Origin: an uncultured delta proteobacterium
Lineage (GTDB): Bacteria > Myxococcota_A > Polyangia > Haliangiales > Haliangiaceae
DNA: 64,000 nt
Direction: 5' to 3'
Assembly (NCBI GenBank): GCA_963848295.1
Contig: CAWKDB010000010.1
Span: 4,096,001 to 4,160,000, forward strand
Shown piece by piece: positions 30,652-41,046 of the stretch. The position numbers and the translations under genes were made by a program. Position 1 is the stretch's first letter, and each line of letters begins with the position of its first letter. The notes beneath the pieces are model-generated. The model was not told where the DNA came from, made no database searches, and saw only the letters and a list, made by a program, of their open reading frames with translations.

Positions 30652-30665
30652 ACGCTCGCGTGTGA

Positions 30666-31508
30666 TCAGCGCAGGTTGCGCAGCCGAAAACATTCCGGCT
30701 CGGAAGGCGTGATCGGCTCACCGGTCACGGCGTCGAGCGCGAACGGCAGGTTCGGGGCCCCGGCGCTGCCGGTGAACGTGATCTCGACCGAACCGCCTGC
30801 GGGCCAGGTCGCATCGTGGTTGGGCGGCGGGACACGCAGGCTATCGATGCAGCGGACGATCCGCACCTTGTCGCGGTCGAGGTAGATCATCGTCTGGACC
30901 GGGACGTCCTTCGCGGTGAGCACGACGTCGCGATGCACGACTCCGTTCACGGTCGTCCGGCAGCCGGCCGCTCCGCCGGGCCCCATCGCGCAGTCGCGCT
31001 CCGGCCCGTAGCCGACCTGGATCGCCTCGTCGTAGTGATGGCCGACCACGCGTCGCTGCACATCCTCGGCCGTCAGCTTCGGGGTCCCCGGGATGAAGAA
31101 CATCTCGGTCAGCGTCAGCGCGTCCTTGGTGCGCCTGAACATCAACTGACCGCGGCCCAGGCCATCGGCGCCGTCGTCGAGCTCGAAGATGTCCTTCGCC
31201 GTCGGGATCGGCCCGAGCCGATCGGCTGCCGCCGGATCGATCCCGAACAGATCGGCGTTGCGGCGGACGAAGGCGCGCAGCGCGGGCAGGTCCGCGGCGA
31301 TCAGCGCCGGGTCCTTGGTCGTCGCGCTCGCGAAGTAGCCATGCTCGTCGTAGTAGACGATCGTCCACGCCGGGTTGCGCGCGGTGAACGCGGCTTGCAG
31401 GTGCGCGCGCTCGACCGGCGTATGCTTGACGAGCACCAGCGGGTACGCCGGCGCGGCCATTGCGGCGATCGGGATCGCGACGAGCAGCGCGACGAGGGAA
31501 CGAGTCAT
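30666..31508 (-). CDS. Hypothetical secreted protein
   Basis: MTRSLVALLVAIPIAAMA signal peptide; FVRRNADLFGI resembles peptidase propeptide segments. Confidence 0.6.
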   Translation of the reverse strand: MTRSLVALLVAIPIAAMAAPAYPLVLVKHTPVERAHLQAAFTARNPAWTIVYYDEHGYFASATTKDPALIAADLPALRAFVRRNADLFGIDPAAADRLGPIPTAKDIFELDDGADGLGRGQLMFRRTKDALTLTEMFFIPGTPKLTAEDVQRRVVGHHYDEAIQVGYGPERDCAMGPGGAAGCRTTVNGVVHRDVVLTAKDVPVQTMIYLDRDKVRIVRCIDSLRVPPPNHDATWPAGGSVEITFTGSAGAPNLPFALDAVTGEPITPSEPECFRLRNLR

Positions 31509-31623
31509 GCGCGAGACAACATAGCCGAATCCGCGGCGACTTCGCGTTACAACGCGGTGTCGTCGGCCACGTGCGTCTGCGCTTCGCCGCAACAGCTCGC
31601 GGCCGCGGGGTATGCTCCGAGTG

Positions 31624-32244
31624 ATGATCACGCTCTATCACCATCCGTTCACGCGGGCAGCGGGCATGCTGTGGCCGCTCGAAGAGATCGGCGTTCCCTA
31701 TGAGCTGAAGTTCGTCGACATCATGAAGGGCGAGCAAAAGTCGCCGGCGATGCTCGCGCTCAACAAGATGGGCAAGATCCCGGTGCTCGTCGACGGTGAT
31801 GCGGTGGTGACCGAGGGCAGCGCGATCGCGCTCTACCTCGCCGATCGCTACGCGTCCGGCCGCCTCGCTCCCCCGCTCGACGACCCGCGCCGCGGCACCT
31901 ACCTGCGCTGGTCGTTGTTCGCGCCGTCGGTCATTGAACCGGGTGCGATGGCGAAGCTCGGCGGCTGGGAGTTCAAGCCGTCGCAGGCCGGTTGGGGCGA
32001 TCACGACGCGATGCTGCGGGCGATCGACAGCGCGATCGACCACGGCGACTACGTGCTCGGCGACATGTTCTCGATCGCCGACGTCATCTTCGGCGGCGCG
32101 CTCCGCTTCATGGTGCGCTTCAAGATGATCGCAGCCAGCCCGGTCGTGGCCGCATACCTCGAGCGGATCTCGGCACGCCCCGCGTGTCAGCGCGCGGACG
32201 CGCGTAACGCGGCGATCGCGAAGGACCACGGCCTCACGCCGTAG
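31624..32244 (+). CDS. Glutathione S-transferase family protein
   Basis: MITLYHHPFTRA, LN.MGKIPVLVDG, EGSAIALYLAD, GDMFSIADV. Confidence 0.92.
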   Translation: MITLYHHPFTRAAGMLWPLEEIGVPYELKFVDIMKGEQKSPAMLALNKMGKIPVLVDGDAVVTEGSAIALYLADRYASGRLAPPLDDPRRGTYLRWSLFAPSVIEPGAMAKLGGWEFKPSQAGWGDHDAMLRAIDSAIDHGDYVLGDMFSIADVIFGGALRFMVRFKMIAASPVVAAYLERISARPACQRADARNAAIAKDHGLTP

Positions 32245-32253
32245 CCGCCGGAT

Positions 32254-32814
32254 CTAAACGACCTCGGCGGCGCTCTTGAACACGAAGTAGCGCTGCGCGG
32301 GATACGTCCAAGCCGCGAACACGACCACCGAGCTCGGTAGCTTCGCGAGCACGTACGGCACGCTCAGCTCGACCGCGAACAGCTGCATCGCGAGCGCCAT
32401 CAGCACCGCCGTGCCGAGCGAGACGCTCGCGAAGCGAAGCATCTGATCGAACGCGAGCGGCGAGCGATCGCGGAACGCGAGGTACTTGCCCAACGCGAAG
32501 TGGGCGACCGCGCCGCAGGCCGCGGCGATGAATGCCGCGACGAGGACTCGCGAGCCGGTCTCGACGAGCGCGACCAGCACGATCATGTCGACGACGCCCG
32601 CCGCGATGCTGGCGACTCCGGCGGAGAAGAAGACCTTCACGCCGGCCCATGACAGTCGCCGCGGCCCCGCGCGAGCTGCGGCGTCAGTCGCGGTCACGCG
32701 CGAACCACCTTGCTTTTTCGCGCCCGCGCGCACCGCACCGTCGAGGTCGACCGCATGTGACCTAACTTTCTGGACGGCGCACCTCGGTGGAGCGCTCGCT
32801 CTGGTCTCCAGCAA
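32254..32814 (-). CDS. GtrA-family membrane protein
   Basis: Four hydrophobic segments; terminal YPAQRYFVF. Start uncertain. Confidence 0.8.
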   Translation of the reverse strand: MLETRASAPPRCAVQKVRSHAVDLDGAVRAGAKKQGGSRVTATDAAARAGPRRLSWAGVKVFFSAGVASIAAGVVDMIVLVALVETGSRVLVAAFIAAACGAVAHFALGKYLAFRDRSPLAFDQMLRFASVSLGTAVLMALAMQLFAVELSVPYVLAKLPSSVVVFAAWTYPAQRYFVFKSAAEVV

Positions 32815-33044
32815 GCTAGGTCGTACGCCGCCGCTCGAACACGCATAACTCTGTCACGGACCGGCCGCCGCTATTCCGGCCCGTTACCTCGCGTGGATGC
32901 GAGCACAGCCGGCGTAGCTCACGCGCACGCGGTTCCGAGTGCGCGCCTGCACCGGCGGGCGGAGCTTCACCGGGCGTGATCGCTCGACGACGACGCGCAG
33001 TGGCCGCAGCGCGATCCCACCGTCGAAGAAGCGTTGCGCGAAGC

Positions 33045-33060
33045 CGGCACGCCCGATGCT
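33045..33060 (+). promoter_or_regulatory. Putative sigma54 promoter
   Basis: CGGCACGCCCGATGCT, GG-N10-GC; AAGGAG RBS at 33082-33087. Confidence 0.65.
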
Positions 33061-33093
33061 CGAGGTTGTCGGCAAACCTTTAAGGAGATAGTG

Positions 33094-33861
33094 ATGATGT
33101 CCAAGACTGTCACACTAGTCGTGTGTCTGGGCGCACTGGCGCTGACGCGTACCGCGGCCGCGGACCCGAGCCCTGCGACGACACCCGAGCCGACCCCGGT
33201 CGAGACCGGCGCCCCCGTGCCGACGGTCACGACGACGACCACGACGACCACCAACACGGTGCCGACCCTCGCCGAGGAGAACGACTGGTACAGCTATGCG
33301 TGGAACGAGCCCCGTCTCTCTTCCCAGATCGGCGTCGGGGTCGTCGTCGGCGGCGGGGTCACCGGCTTCACCGACAAGACGATGCGCGACAGCATGTCGT
33401 CGGATGTCGGCGGGCTGTGGGATGCGCGCTTGTCGATCGGAACGCACGTTCCGATCGGAATCGACGTCAGCTATCTCGGCACCGCGGCGGACGTCACGAC
33501 CCTCGCCGGCGTGCCCAACGGGACGCTGGTGGGGACAACCGTCGAGGCCGCGCTTCGTTGGAACATCTTCCCGCACTCGATCCTCGATCCGTACGTGTTC
33601 GCGGGCGCGGGCTGGCAGCGCTACGACGTGACGAGCATGGCGTTGCCGGTCGCGGACTCGGGCATGAGGGCGAGCGACAACGTCGCCGAGTTTCCGATGG
33701 GGACGGGCATCGCGTTCCGCGACCCGAGCGGCTTCACGCTGGACCTCCGCGGCACGTTCCGCGCGACGACGGACTCGACCCTCTTGCTCAATCAAGAGAC
33801 CGGCAACTACGCGAAGCTGCACACCTGGGAAGCTAGCGCCGCACTCGGCTACGAATTTTGA
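33094..33861 (+). CDS. Outer-membrane beta-barrel protein (8-stranded, OmpA/porin-like)
   Basis: Signal peptide, PYVFAGAGW, terminal LGYEF. Confidence 0.75.
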   Translation: MMSKTVTLVVCLGALALTRTAAADPSPATTPEPTPVETGAPVPTVTTTTTTTTNTVPTLAEENDWYSYAWNEPRLSSQIGVGVVVGGGVTGFTDKTMRDSMSSDVGGLWDARLSIGTHVPIGIDVSYLGTAADVTTLAGVPNGTLVGTTVEAALRWNIFPHSILDPYVFAGAGWQRYDVTSMALPVADSGMRASDNVAEFPMGTGIAFRDPSGFTLDLRGTFRATTDSTLLLNQETGNYAKLHTWEASAALGYEF

Positions 33862-33901
33862 GTCTTGAGGTCCGGCCCGCCACGCTGTTACCGTCGGCGG
33901 G

Positions 33902-34393
33902 TTGGACCGGCCGTATGTTCTCGGGGCCATGCTGGTCGCCGCCTGCTCGTCATCGAGCTCGGCGACGATCGCGCATCCGTTCGATGCCTGCAGCGCGCTG
34001 GAGCTCGACGCGCCCGGCGCGAGCGATGCCGAGCTCGCGAGCATCGACGAGGCGATCGCGTTGTGGCAAGCCGTCGACCTCACCGCACCGAGCCGGACCG
34101 CCGCGGCCGACGCACCCGCAGTGACGATCGTGTTCGAGCCAGGCAGCCCGGCTTGGTACGGCTACTTCGATGATGTCGCCGGCGCGATCTACATCAACAC
34201 CGAGCTGTCCGATGACCGCCGTGCGATCACGCTCGCTCACGAGCTCGGCCACGCGTTCGGCTTGGTGCACGTGCCGCCCGCACAACGCGCCTCGGTGATG
34301 AACGCCGGAAACTTGACGGTCGTACCGACCGATGACGACCACACAGCGATCGAAGCGATCTGGGGCAGCTGCGCCGACACGCCGGCCTCGTAG
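33902..34393 (+). CDS. Matrixin-like (metzincin) zinc metalloprotease lipoprotein
   Basis: HELGHAFGLVH plus SVM Met-turn; lipobox VAAC. Confidence 0.8.
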   Translation: MDRPYVLGAMLVAACSSSSSATIAHPFDACSALELDAPGASDAELASIDEAIALWQAVDLTAPSRTAAADAPAVTIVFEPGSPAWYGYFDDVAGAIYINTELSDDRRAITLAHELGHAFGLVHVPPAQRASVMNAGNLTVVPTDDDHTAIEAIWGSCADTPAS

Positions 34394-34401
34394 GGCCACC
34401 G

Positions 34402-35400
34402 CTACTTGACGTACTTGACGTTGAGGTCGACGTACATCGAGTCGCCGACCGAGTCGTACATCCCGCCGGTCAACAGGCTCGCGGCGCCAGCTCCGGCGTG
34501 TGCCAGGATCGGACCGATCTTGACGCTGATCGATCCGCCTGCGGCGATCCGGCCGCCACCGCTGCCGGTCAGCGAGTAGCCTGCGCCGGTGAAGATGCCG
34601 AGGTCGGCGCTCAGCCGGACCAACGATCCGATCTTGATGATCACCGCCGTCGGGATCTGGATCGCCTGCTGCGAGCCGGTCGGCGAGGATTGATCGATGA
34701 TCGTCGGCATCAACGAGAAGTCGAGGAGCGAGCTGAGCTTGAGCCTCGCGATCACCCCGGTGGTGAAGCCCGGCTCGAAGTTGCCGATGAAGTTTGGATA
34801 GTCCTTGTCGCTCAGGAGCATCGCGCCCTCGTGCATGTATCCAGCGCTGAGCTCGACCCCTAGCTCGCTGGTGCTCGCGGTCTCACCCGGTTCAGGCGGC
34901 TTCTTCGGAATCCTGGCCTCGAGGCGCACATCGAAGCCGCCGAACGTCTTCGGATCGTCTCCGTTCATCAGCATGTCGGGCTTCTTGACCGCGACCGGCG
35001 CGGTAGCGTTCACGGTGAGCCAGCGCGCCACCAAGACCTTGCCTTTGAGATCGACCGCGATCCAGTTGTAGGTCGCGAAGTGGCCGGACTCGTCGGGCCC
35101 GTTCGGGAAACGGACCTGACCGCCGGCATCGAAGTCGCCGGCCTTGGGCATCTTCGGCGCACGGACCGGCGGAGGCAGCGCGACATGTTGCTCCGCCCCG
35201 AGTGGGTCGCCGGACGTCGTCGGATCGGGTGTTGTGGGCAGCTGCGGCGCGGTGGGCAGCGGCGCGGCGGGCGGCAGCGGCGCGGCGGGCGGCAGCGGCG
35301 CGGCCGGCGGCTGGTTTGGATCTGCAGGCTGTGCAGCTGCCGATGCGGTCAAAGCGACGGTCGCGAGCAGCGCGACCGAGACAGGGCGACGGTTGGTCAT
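34402..35400 (-). CDS. Hypothetical secreted protein, probable beta-barrel, with a Pro-rich N-terminus
   Basis: Signal peptide, PAAPLP repeats, amphipathic strands ending VKYVK. Confidence 0.65.
   Translation of the reverse strand: MTNRRPVSVALLATVALTASAAAQPADPNQPPAAPLPPAAPLPPAAPLPTAPQLPTTPDPTTSGDPLGAEQHVALPPPVRAPKMPKAGDFDAGGQVRFPNGPDESGHFATYNWIAVDLKGKVLVARWLTVNATAPVAVKKPDMLMNGDDPKTFGGFDVRLEARIPKKPPEPGETASTSELGVELSAGYMHEGAMLLSDKDYPNFIGNFEPGFTTGVIARLKLSSLLDFSLMPTIIDQSSPTGSQQAIQIPTAVIIKIGSLVRLSADLGIFTGAGYSLTGSGGGRIAAGGSISVKIGPILAHAGAGAASLLTGGMYDSVGDSMYVDLNVKYVK
35236..35307. repeat. 18-bp coding tandem repeat (about 4 imperfect copies)
   Basis: ggcagcggcgcggcgggc units encoding PAAPLP. Confidence 0.8.
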
Positions 35401-35497
35401 GCGTTCCCTCCATCATCGTGGGGATTCGCTTTGCCCTGCTAGCCGCCTCACCGTGAGTCACGCGTGAGTCCCCGCGAGCTCTCGACTATGATGAGGG

Positions 35498-36343
35498 ATG
35501 CGCGCCTTCCTGCTCGTGCCAGCGATCGCGGCACTCCTCGGCGTGACAGCAGCGCGCGCGGAGCCGACGCCTCAACAGCGGGCGAGGGCGCTGATCGATC
35601 TGCAGGCAAAGGCGATCGATGATCGGAACGAGGAGGTGCTCTACGCGACGTTCACCCAGGACGCGGTGATCCTGGTGCCGGACCCGCGGCCGATGACGCG
35701 CGGCGATCAGATCGACGCGATCCGGCGAACCAGCCCGCACGAGTCGCTGAACTCGGCGAAGGTCGGCAAGCTCGTCGCGGGCGGTGACGCGAACGCGGTG
35801 TGGCTCGACGCCGAGCTCGCGATCGATGTCGCGGGTGCGGAGCCGGGGTACGGGATGCACCGCGAGGTCAAGATGCTGCGCGTGACCGAGCTCGCGACCG
35901 CGGACACCGGCTGGAAGGTGGTCGCCGCGGCGTTCTCGGAGCCGGGCACCGTCACGGAGGCACGGCAGCCGCCGTCGCCGATCGAGGGCAAGAGCGAGCC
36001 GCCGACGGCGCTCAGTGACTTGCTCGCGTCACCAGTGAAGCTCGAGGCCGCGCTCGGCAAGGACGCGAGTGTCACCGTGTTCGGGACCAGCCAGGGCGAG
36101 GTCGCCTACGGCGGCCCGGCCGCGCATGCGCTGCTGAGATCCTGGAGCAAGCTCGCGCTCTCGCTCTCGGGGGCACCGCGCGAGATGCACGGCAAGGGCT
36201 GGGCGTTCGCACTCGGCTACGTCGACTGGAAGCAGAAGCCGGGCGACAAGTTCCCGGCCCGGATGAGCGGCCTCGTGATCGCGCAGCCCGCCGCGAACAA
36301 CCGGTGGACCGTGGTCGCCGTCCAGTACACCGCCGGCGACTGA
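35498..36343 (+). CDS. Secreted tandem NTF2-like (SnoaL/DUF4440-like) protein
   Basis: Signal peptide; two units ending GWKVVAAAFS and RWTVVAVQYT. Confidence 0.65.
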   Translation: MRAFLLVPAIAALLGVTAARAEPTPQQRARALIDLQAKAIDDRNEEVLYATFTQDAVILVPDPRPMTRGDQIDAIRRTSPHESLNSAKVGKLVAGGDANAVWLDAELAIDVAGAEPGYGMHREVKMLRVTELATADTGWKVVAAAFSEPGTVTEARQPPSPIEGKSEPPTALSDLLASPVKLEAALGKDASVTVFGTSQGEVAYGGPAAHALLRSWSKLALSLSGAPREMHGKGWAFALGYVDWKQKPGDKFPARMSGLVIAQPAANNRWTVVAVQYTAGD

Positions 36344-36392
36344 AGAACCCGTTCGATCACCGCCCGCCGGAGTAGGACGCAGTTACTATGGA

Positions 36393-36953
36393 GTGGCGAT
36401 GGAGAGCTTCGTTCAGGGCTGGTCGCTCACCATCTTGCTGTGCGCATTCATCGTGCTGGTGTTCCTCGCCGGCTGGCTCCATGTCCATCGCGAGCTCGCG
36501 TGGGTCAAGGCGCTGACCGATCACCTCGGCTACGAGCTCGTCAGTGAAGAACCTGCGAAGCCGGGCTCGCTCGAGCAGCAGCAGATCCGCGACGAAGCCC
36601 ACGCGATCCTCGCCGCGAAAGACCCGGCGTGGGCGCAGAAGCAGGTGCGGAGCTGGCAGATGCGCGCGCAGCGACTCGAGCCCGCGCTCGCGTTCTGGGT
36701 CGACTTGTTGCGCCAGCTCGGGCTGCTCGGCACCGTGCTCGGCATCGGGCTCTCGCTCGCGTACACCGGCAGCGATCTGACGAAGCTGCTCGGGCCGCTC
36801 GCGCTCAAGGTGTGGACGACCGTCGCCGGCCTCGCGTGCAGCATCTTGTTGTCGGCGAGCTTCGCGATGACGGTCACCGCGTGGGTCGACGCGGCCGAGA
36901 AGAACCTCGAAGCCTGGGACGCGCGCCGGCGCACGCGCGGAGAATCGCGGTGA
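36393..36953 (+). CDS. MotA/TolQ/ExbB-family membrane protein
   Basis: LGLLGTVLGI and TTVAGL proton-channel helices. Confidence 0.8.
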   Translation: MAMESFVQGWSLTILLCAFIVLVFLAGWLHVHRELAWVKALTDHLGYELVSEEPAKPGSLEQQQIRDEAHAILAAKDPAWAQKQVRSWQMRAQRLEPALAFWVDLLRQLGLLGTVLGIGLSLAYTGSDLTKLLGPLALKVWTTVAGLACSILLSASFAMTVTAWVDAAEKNLEAWDARRRTRGESR

Positions 36954-37516
36954 GCCGTTCGCGCCGCCACCTGCGGATGCCGCCGGATCTGACGTCGCTG
37001 TTCGACGTGTTGTTCATCGTGATCTTCGCGGCGCTGATCCGCGCGACCGCGGCGCAGCAAGTCGCGGCCGCCGCGACCGCACCGCCGCCGCCCGTGCCCC
37101 GCGCGGTGCCGCTCGATCCGGCGTCGCTCCACGCGCGCGCTCTCGCCACGCTCGATCACGAGCTCGCCGCGCGGCCCGCGATCGTCGTACGCGTCTCGGC
37201 GGCCGGCACCGTGACCGCGCTCGATGCCGAAGGTTCGACGACGCCGCTCGACGTGCCGTTACTCGAGCACAGCCCCGATCCCGACGTCGCGGTGTCCTAT
37301 CTCGGCGATCGCTCGGCCGAGCTGCGGATCTGCGGGATCGCCGCGCTCCATGTCGGTGCCGCGACGCTCGCGCGCGACCTCGTGATCGTGGCGCCGGATC
37401 GCGCGCTCGCCGACTTGCCACACGCGCTGTTCGACGGCTTGCACCGCGACGTCGAGCGCTGTCTCGCCGAGCAGCAGGCCCTCGCGGTCATCATCGATCC
37501 GGCGGCGGCGCCATGA
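36950..37516 (+). CDS. ExbD/TolR-like protein
   Basis: GTG overlaps the upstream TGA; DLTSLFDVLFIVI transmembrane segment with the conserved Asp. Confidence 0.7.
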   Translation: MSRSRRHLRMPPDLTSLFDVLFIVIFAALIRATAAQQVAAAATAPPPPVPRAVPLDPASLHARALATLDHELAARPAIVVRVSAAGTVTALDAEGSTTPLDVPLLEHSPDPDVAVSYLGDRSAELRICGIAALHVGAATLARDLVIVAPDRALADLPHALFDGLHRDVERCLAEQQALAVIIDPAAAP

Positions 37517-37920
37517 GCGAGCTAGCCAAGGATGTCGCGAAGGAGCTCGACCGCAGGCGGCGCCGTCGTCGCCTGATCTTCGCCGCGGTCTGGATCGCGC
37601 TGATCGCGCTCGCGCTCGTCTACGTCCGCTGCGGCGGGAGCTGGGGGCTCGGCGGTCGCGGCTCCGGTGCTGGTTCTGGCTCCGGCGCTGGCACCGCGAG
37701 CGATGGCGGCCCGCACCGCTGCGCGCTCCGGATCGCGGCGAGCGGCGTCACCGTCGACGGACGAGCCGTCACGCGCGAAGCGGCGGTCGCGATCTGTCGC
37801 TCGGCGGGCGGCGCGGACGTCGTCGTGACCGGCGACGCACGCGAAGGCGACTGGGAGGCGGTGCGCGCCGCGCTCGAGGCCGCGAAGGTCCCGGTGTTCG
37901 TGCGCGAATCGGCCCGCTGA
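37513..37920 (+). CDS. Single-TM protein with an ExbD-like periplasmic domain
   Basis: ATGA overlap; poly-Arg plus TM, Gly/Ser linker, LRIAASGVTVDG...VVVTGDA...VRAAL. Confidence 0.6.
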   Translation: MSELAKDVAKELDRRRRRRRLIFAAVWIALIALALVYVRCGGSWGLGGRGSGAGSGSGAGTASDGGPHRCALRIAASGVTVDGRAVTREAAVAICRSAGGADVVVTGDAREGDWEAVRAALEAAKVPVFVRESAR

Positions 37921-37929
37921 CCACCGGTG

Positions 37930-40900
37930 CTACTGGCCGAGGCTGCCCGGGGTCTTGCGCCGCTCGCGCGCGGTCTCGATCACGGTGTAGAGGACCGGGA
38001 TCACGCCGAGGTTCAGCACGGTCGACAGGATCATGCCGCCGAACACGGTCGTGCCGAGCGAGCGGCGGCTCGCAGCGCCCGAGCCCGACGCGAGCACGAG
38101 CGGCAGCACGCCGAACACGAACGCGAGCGACGTCATGAGGATCGGTCGCAGACGAATCTTCGCCGCCTCGATCGCCGAATCCGCGATCGATCTGCCCTTC
38201 GCGCGCAATTGCTCCGCGAATTCGACGATCAGGATCGCGTTCTTGCTCGCGAGCCCGACGAGCATGACCATACCGATCTGCGCGAACACGTCGGTATCGA
38301 GGCCGCGCGCGGCGATCAGGATCAGCGCGCCGAGGATCGCGAGCGGCACGGCGAGCATCACGATCAGCGGCAGGACGAAGCTATCGTACTGTGCCGCCAG
38401 GACGAGGTACGCGACCACGATCGCGAGCGCGAACAGCAGCGCGATCTGATGACCGGCGCGCTGTTGCTCGAGCGACAGGCCGGCCCACTCGTGAGTCATC
38501 CCGGCAGGCAGGATGCGATCGGACAGCCGCTCCATGATCTTCATCGCATCGCCGGAGCTGGTCCCGGGCGCGGGCGAGCCGTTGATCTCGGCGGCGCGGA
38601 ACAGGTTGAAGTGCGTGATCACCTGCGGTGCGGTGGTCGGGGTGGCGTGGACGAGCTCGTCGAGCCTGATCAGCTCGCCCTTCGCCGAGCGCACGTAGAG
38701 CGAAGCGAGCGCGGCCGGATCGGCGCGATACGGTGCGTCGGCCTGGACGTAGACCCGGAACGAGCGGTCGCCGAGGTCGAAGTCGTTGACGTAGCTCGAA
38801 CCGAGATCGATCTGCAGCGCGCTCGCGATCTGCTGGAGCGAGACGCCGAGCGACTTCGCCTTCTCGCGATCGATCGTCACCTCGAGCTGCGGATCGTCGA
38901 CCGTGAACGTCGCGAGCACACCGCGCAGGTGCGGGTCCTTGCTCGCGGCAGCGACGATCTGAAATGTCGCCTGGGCGAGCAGCGCGGGCGGTCCGCCCTC
39001 GCGATCTTCGATCTCGAGCTGGAACCCGCCGAACACGCCGACGCCCTGGATCGACGGCGGCAGGAACGGCACGACGAACGCTCCGCCGATCCCGAACAGC
39101 GGTCCGCGCAACCGATCGATCAGCGCCTGCGCGGAATGCGACGAGCCCGGCCGCTGGTCGAACGGCTTCAGGCCCACGAAGATGATGCCGCGGTTCGAGC
39201 CGGGGCCGGCGAACGAGAAGCCGTTGACGTTGAACACGTGCTCGACCTCGGGCTGCTGCTGGAGCAGCTTCTCGACCTGCTCGGTCACGCCGAGCGTTCG
39301 CTGGAGCGACGCGCCGGACGGCCCCTGCACCGCGATGATGATGTAGCCCTGGTCCTCCTCGGGCACGAACGCCGAGGGCACGCGGGTGTAGACGATCGCG
39401 GTCGCGGCGAGGCCGAGCACGAACAGCCCGATCACGATCACGCGATGGCGCAGGCACCAGCCGAGCGCGCGGCCGTAGTGATCGTGAGTCCAGCCGAGGC
39501 CGCGGTCGATGCCGCCGAAGATCCGGCCTTTCGGCTTGGTCCGCACGCGCAGGAGCTTCGCCGCGGCCGCGGGTGACAGGGTCAGCGCGTTGAACGCCGA
39601 CAGCGTGATCGAGAACGCGATGGTCAGCGCGAACTGCTGGTAGATCCGCCCGGTGGTGCCGGGGAAGAACGACACCGGCACGAATACGGCGACCAGCACG
39701 AGCGACGTCGCGACGACCACGCCGGCGACCTCCTTCATCGCGTGCGACGCGGCCTCGGCCGGTGACTTGCGCTCCTCGTTGAGGTGGCGCTCGATGTTCT
39801 CGATCACGACGATCGCGTCATCGACGACGAGACCGGTCGCGAGCGTCAGGCCGAACAGCGTCAACAAGTTGATCGAGAACCCGAACAGCTTGACGAAGAT
39901 GAACGTACCTATCAGCGAGACCGGGATCGTGATCGCCGGGATGATCGTCGCGCGCCAGCCTTGCAGGAAGATGAAGATCACCGCGATGACGATCACGATC
40001 GCCGCCGCGAGCGTGACGAGCACATCGTCGACCGCGGTCTTGACCGCCGACGTCGGATCGAAGCCGATCTCGTACTCCAGCCCCGGCGGGAAGCGCTTCG
40101 CGAGCTGTTGCAGCCGCGCGTCGACCGCCTTCTCGACGTCGAGCGCGTTCGCGTTCGGCAGCTGGAAGATGCCCACGCCGATCGCGTCGTGGCCGTCGAT
40201 CCGCAGCGTCGCGCCGTAGTCCTCGGCGCCGAGCTCGACCCTGCCGACGTCCTTGAGCTGGACCAGCGTGCCGTCGCTGCCGGTCTTGACGACCATGCGC
40301 TCGAACGCGGCGACATCGGGCAGGCGCCCGGCCGCATGCACGCTGATCTGCACCGCCTGGCCCTTCGGCGCGGGCTCCTTGCCGAGCTGGCCGGCGGCGA
40401 TCTCGATGTTCTGTTCGCGGAGCGCCTCGACGACGTCGTCGGCGGTGAGCTGGCGCGCCGCGAGCTTCGGCGGATCGAGCCAGATCCGCATCGCGTAGGT
40501 GCGCGGGCTGAAGTTGCGCGCCTCGGCGACCCCGGGGATGCGCAGCAGCTCGTCGCGGACGTAGCGGTCGACGTAGTTCGACACGAACACCGACGAGTAC
40601 TCGCCATGTGCGCTGTAGAACGCCGCGGCGAGCACCATCGACGTCGAGCTCTTCGTCACGGTCACACCGGTCGCGCGGACCTCGGCCGGCAGGCGCGGCA
40701 GCGCGGTCTGCACCCGGTTCTGGACGTCGACCGCCGCGAGATCGAGATCGCGCCATGGCTCGAAGGTCACGGTGGTCTGCGACAGGCCGTCGCTCGTGCT
40801 CGACGACTGGATGTAGCGCATGCCCTCGGCGCCGTTGATCGCCTCTTCGATCGGCGTCGTCACCGCGGCCTCGACGGTCTGCGAGCTCGCGCCGATGTAC

Positions 40901-41046
40901 ACCGCGGTCACGACGACCTGCGGCGCCGCGAGCGTCGGATAGCGCGCGACCGGGAGCGTCGGCACCGCGATCGCACCGCCGAGCACGATCAGGATCGCGC
41001 ACACGGTCGCGAGGATCGGCCGCTTGATGAAGAAGTCGACGAACAC
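37930..41046 (-). CDS. RND efflux transporter permease (HAE1/AcrB family)
   Basis: FFIKRPILATV, GLVVDDAIVVIENIER, KNAILIVEFA, RLRPILMTS; GTG at 41046. Confidence 0.95.
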   Translation of the reverse strand: MFVDFFIKRPILATVCAILIVLGGAIAVPTLPVARYPTLAAPQVVVTAVYIGASSQTVEAAVTTPIEEAINGAEGMRYIQSSSTSDGLSQTTVTFEPWRDLDLAAVDVQNRVQTALPRLPAEVRATGVTVTKSSTSMVLAAAFYSAHGEYSSVFVSNYVDRYVRDELLRIPGVAEARNFSPRTYAMRIWLDPPKLAARQLTADDVVEALREQNIEIAAGQLGKEPAPKGQAVQISVHAAGRLPDVAAFERMVVKTGSDGTLVQLKDVGRVELGAEDYGATLRIDGHDAIGVGIFQLPNANALDVEKAVDARLQQLAKRFPPGLEYEIGFDPTSAVKTAVDDVLVTLAAAIVIVIAVIFIFLQGWRATIIPAITIPVSLIGTFIFVKLFGFSINLLTLFGLTLATGLVVDDAIVVIENIERHLNEERKSPAEAASHAMKEVAGVVVATSLVLVAVFVPVSFFPGTTGRIYQQFALTIAFSITLSAFNALTLSPAAAAKLLRVRTKPKGRIFGGIDRGLGWTHDHYGRALGWCLRHRVIVIGLFVLGLAATAIVYTRVPSAFVPEEDQGYIIIAVQGPSGASLQRTLGVTEQVEKLLQQQPEVEHVFNVNGFSFAGPGSNRGIIFVGLKPFDQRPGSSHSAQALIDRLRGPLFGIGGAFVVPFLPPSIQGVGVFGGFQLEIEDREGGPPALLAQATFQIVAAASKDPHLRGVLATFTVDDPQLEVTIDREKAKSLGVSLQQIASALQIDLGSSYVNDFDLGDRSFRVYVQADAPYRADPAALASLYVRSAKGELIRLDELVHATPTTAPQVITHFNLFRAAEINGSPAPGTSSGDAMKIMERLSDRILPAGMTHEWAGLSLEQQRAGHQIALLFALAIVVAYLVLAAQYDSFVLPLIVMLAVPLAILGALILIAARGLDTDVFAQIGMVMLVGLASKNAILIVEFAEQLRAKGRSIADSAIEAAKIRLRPILMTSLAFVFGVLPLVLASGSGAASRRSLGTTVFGGMILSTVLNLGVIPVLYTVIETARERRKTPGSLGQ

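Noticed and set aside
36393..37920. Zorya (ZorA/ZorB) anti-phage system
   Set aside because: No long ZorA tail, no OmpA-like domain in the partner, and no zorC/D/E genes.
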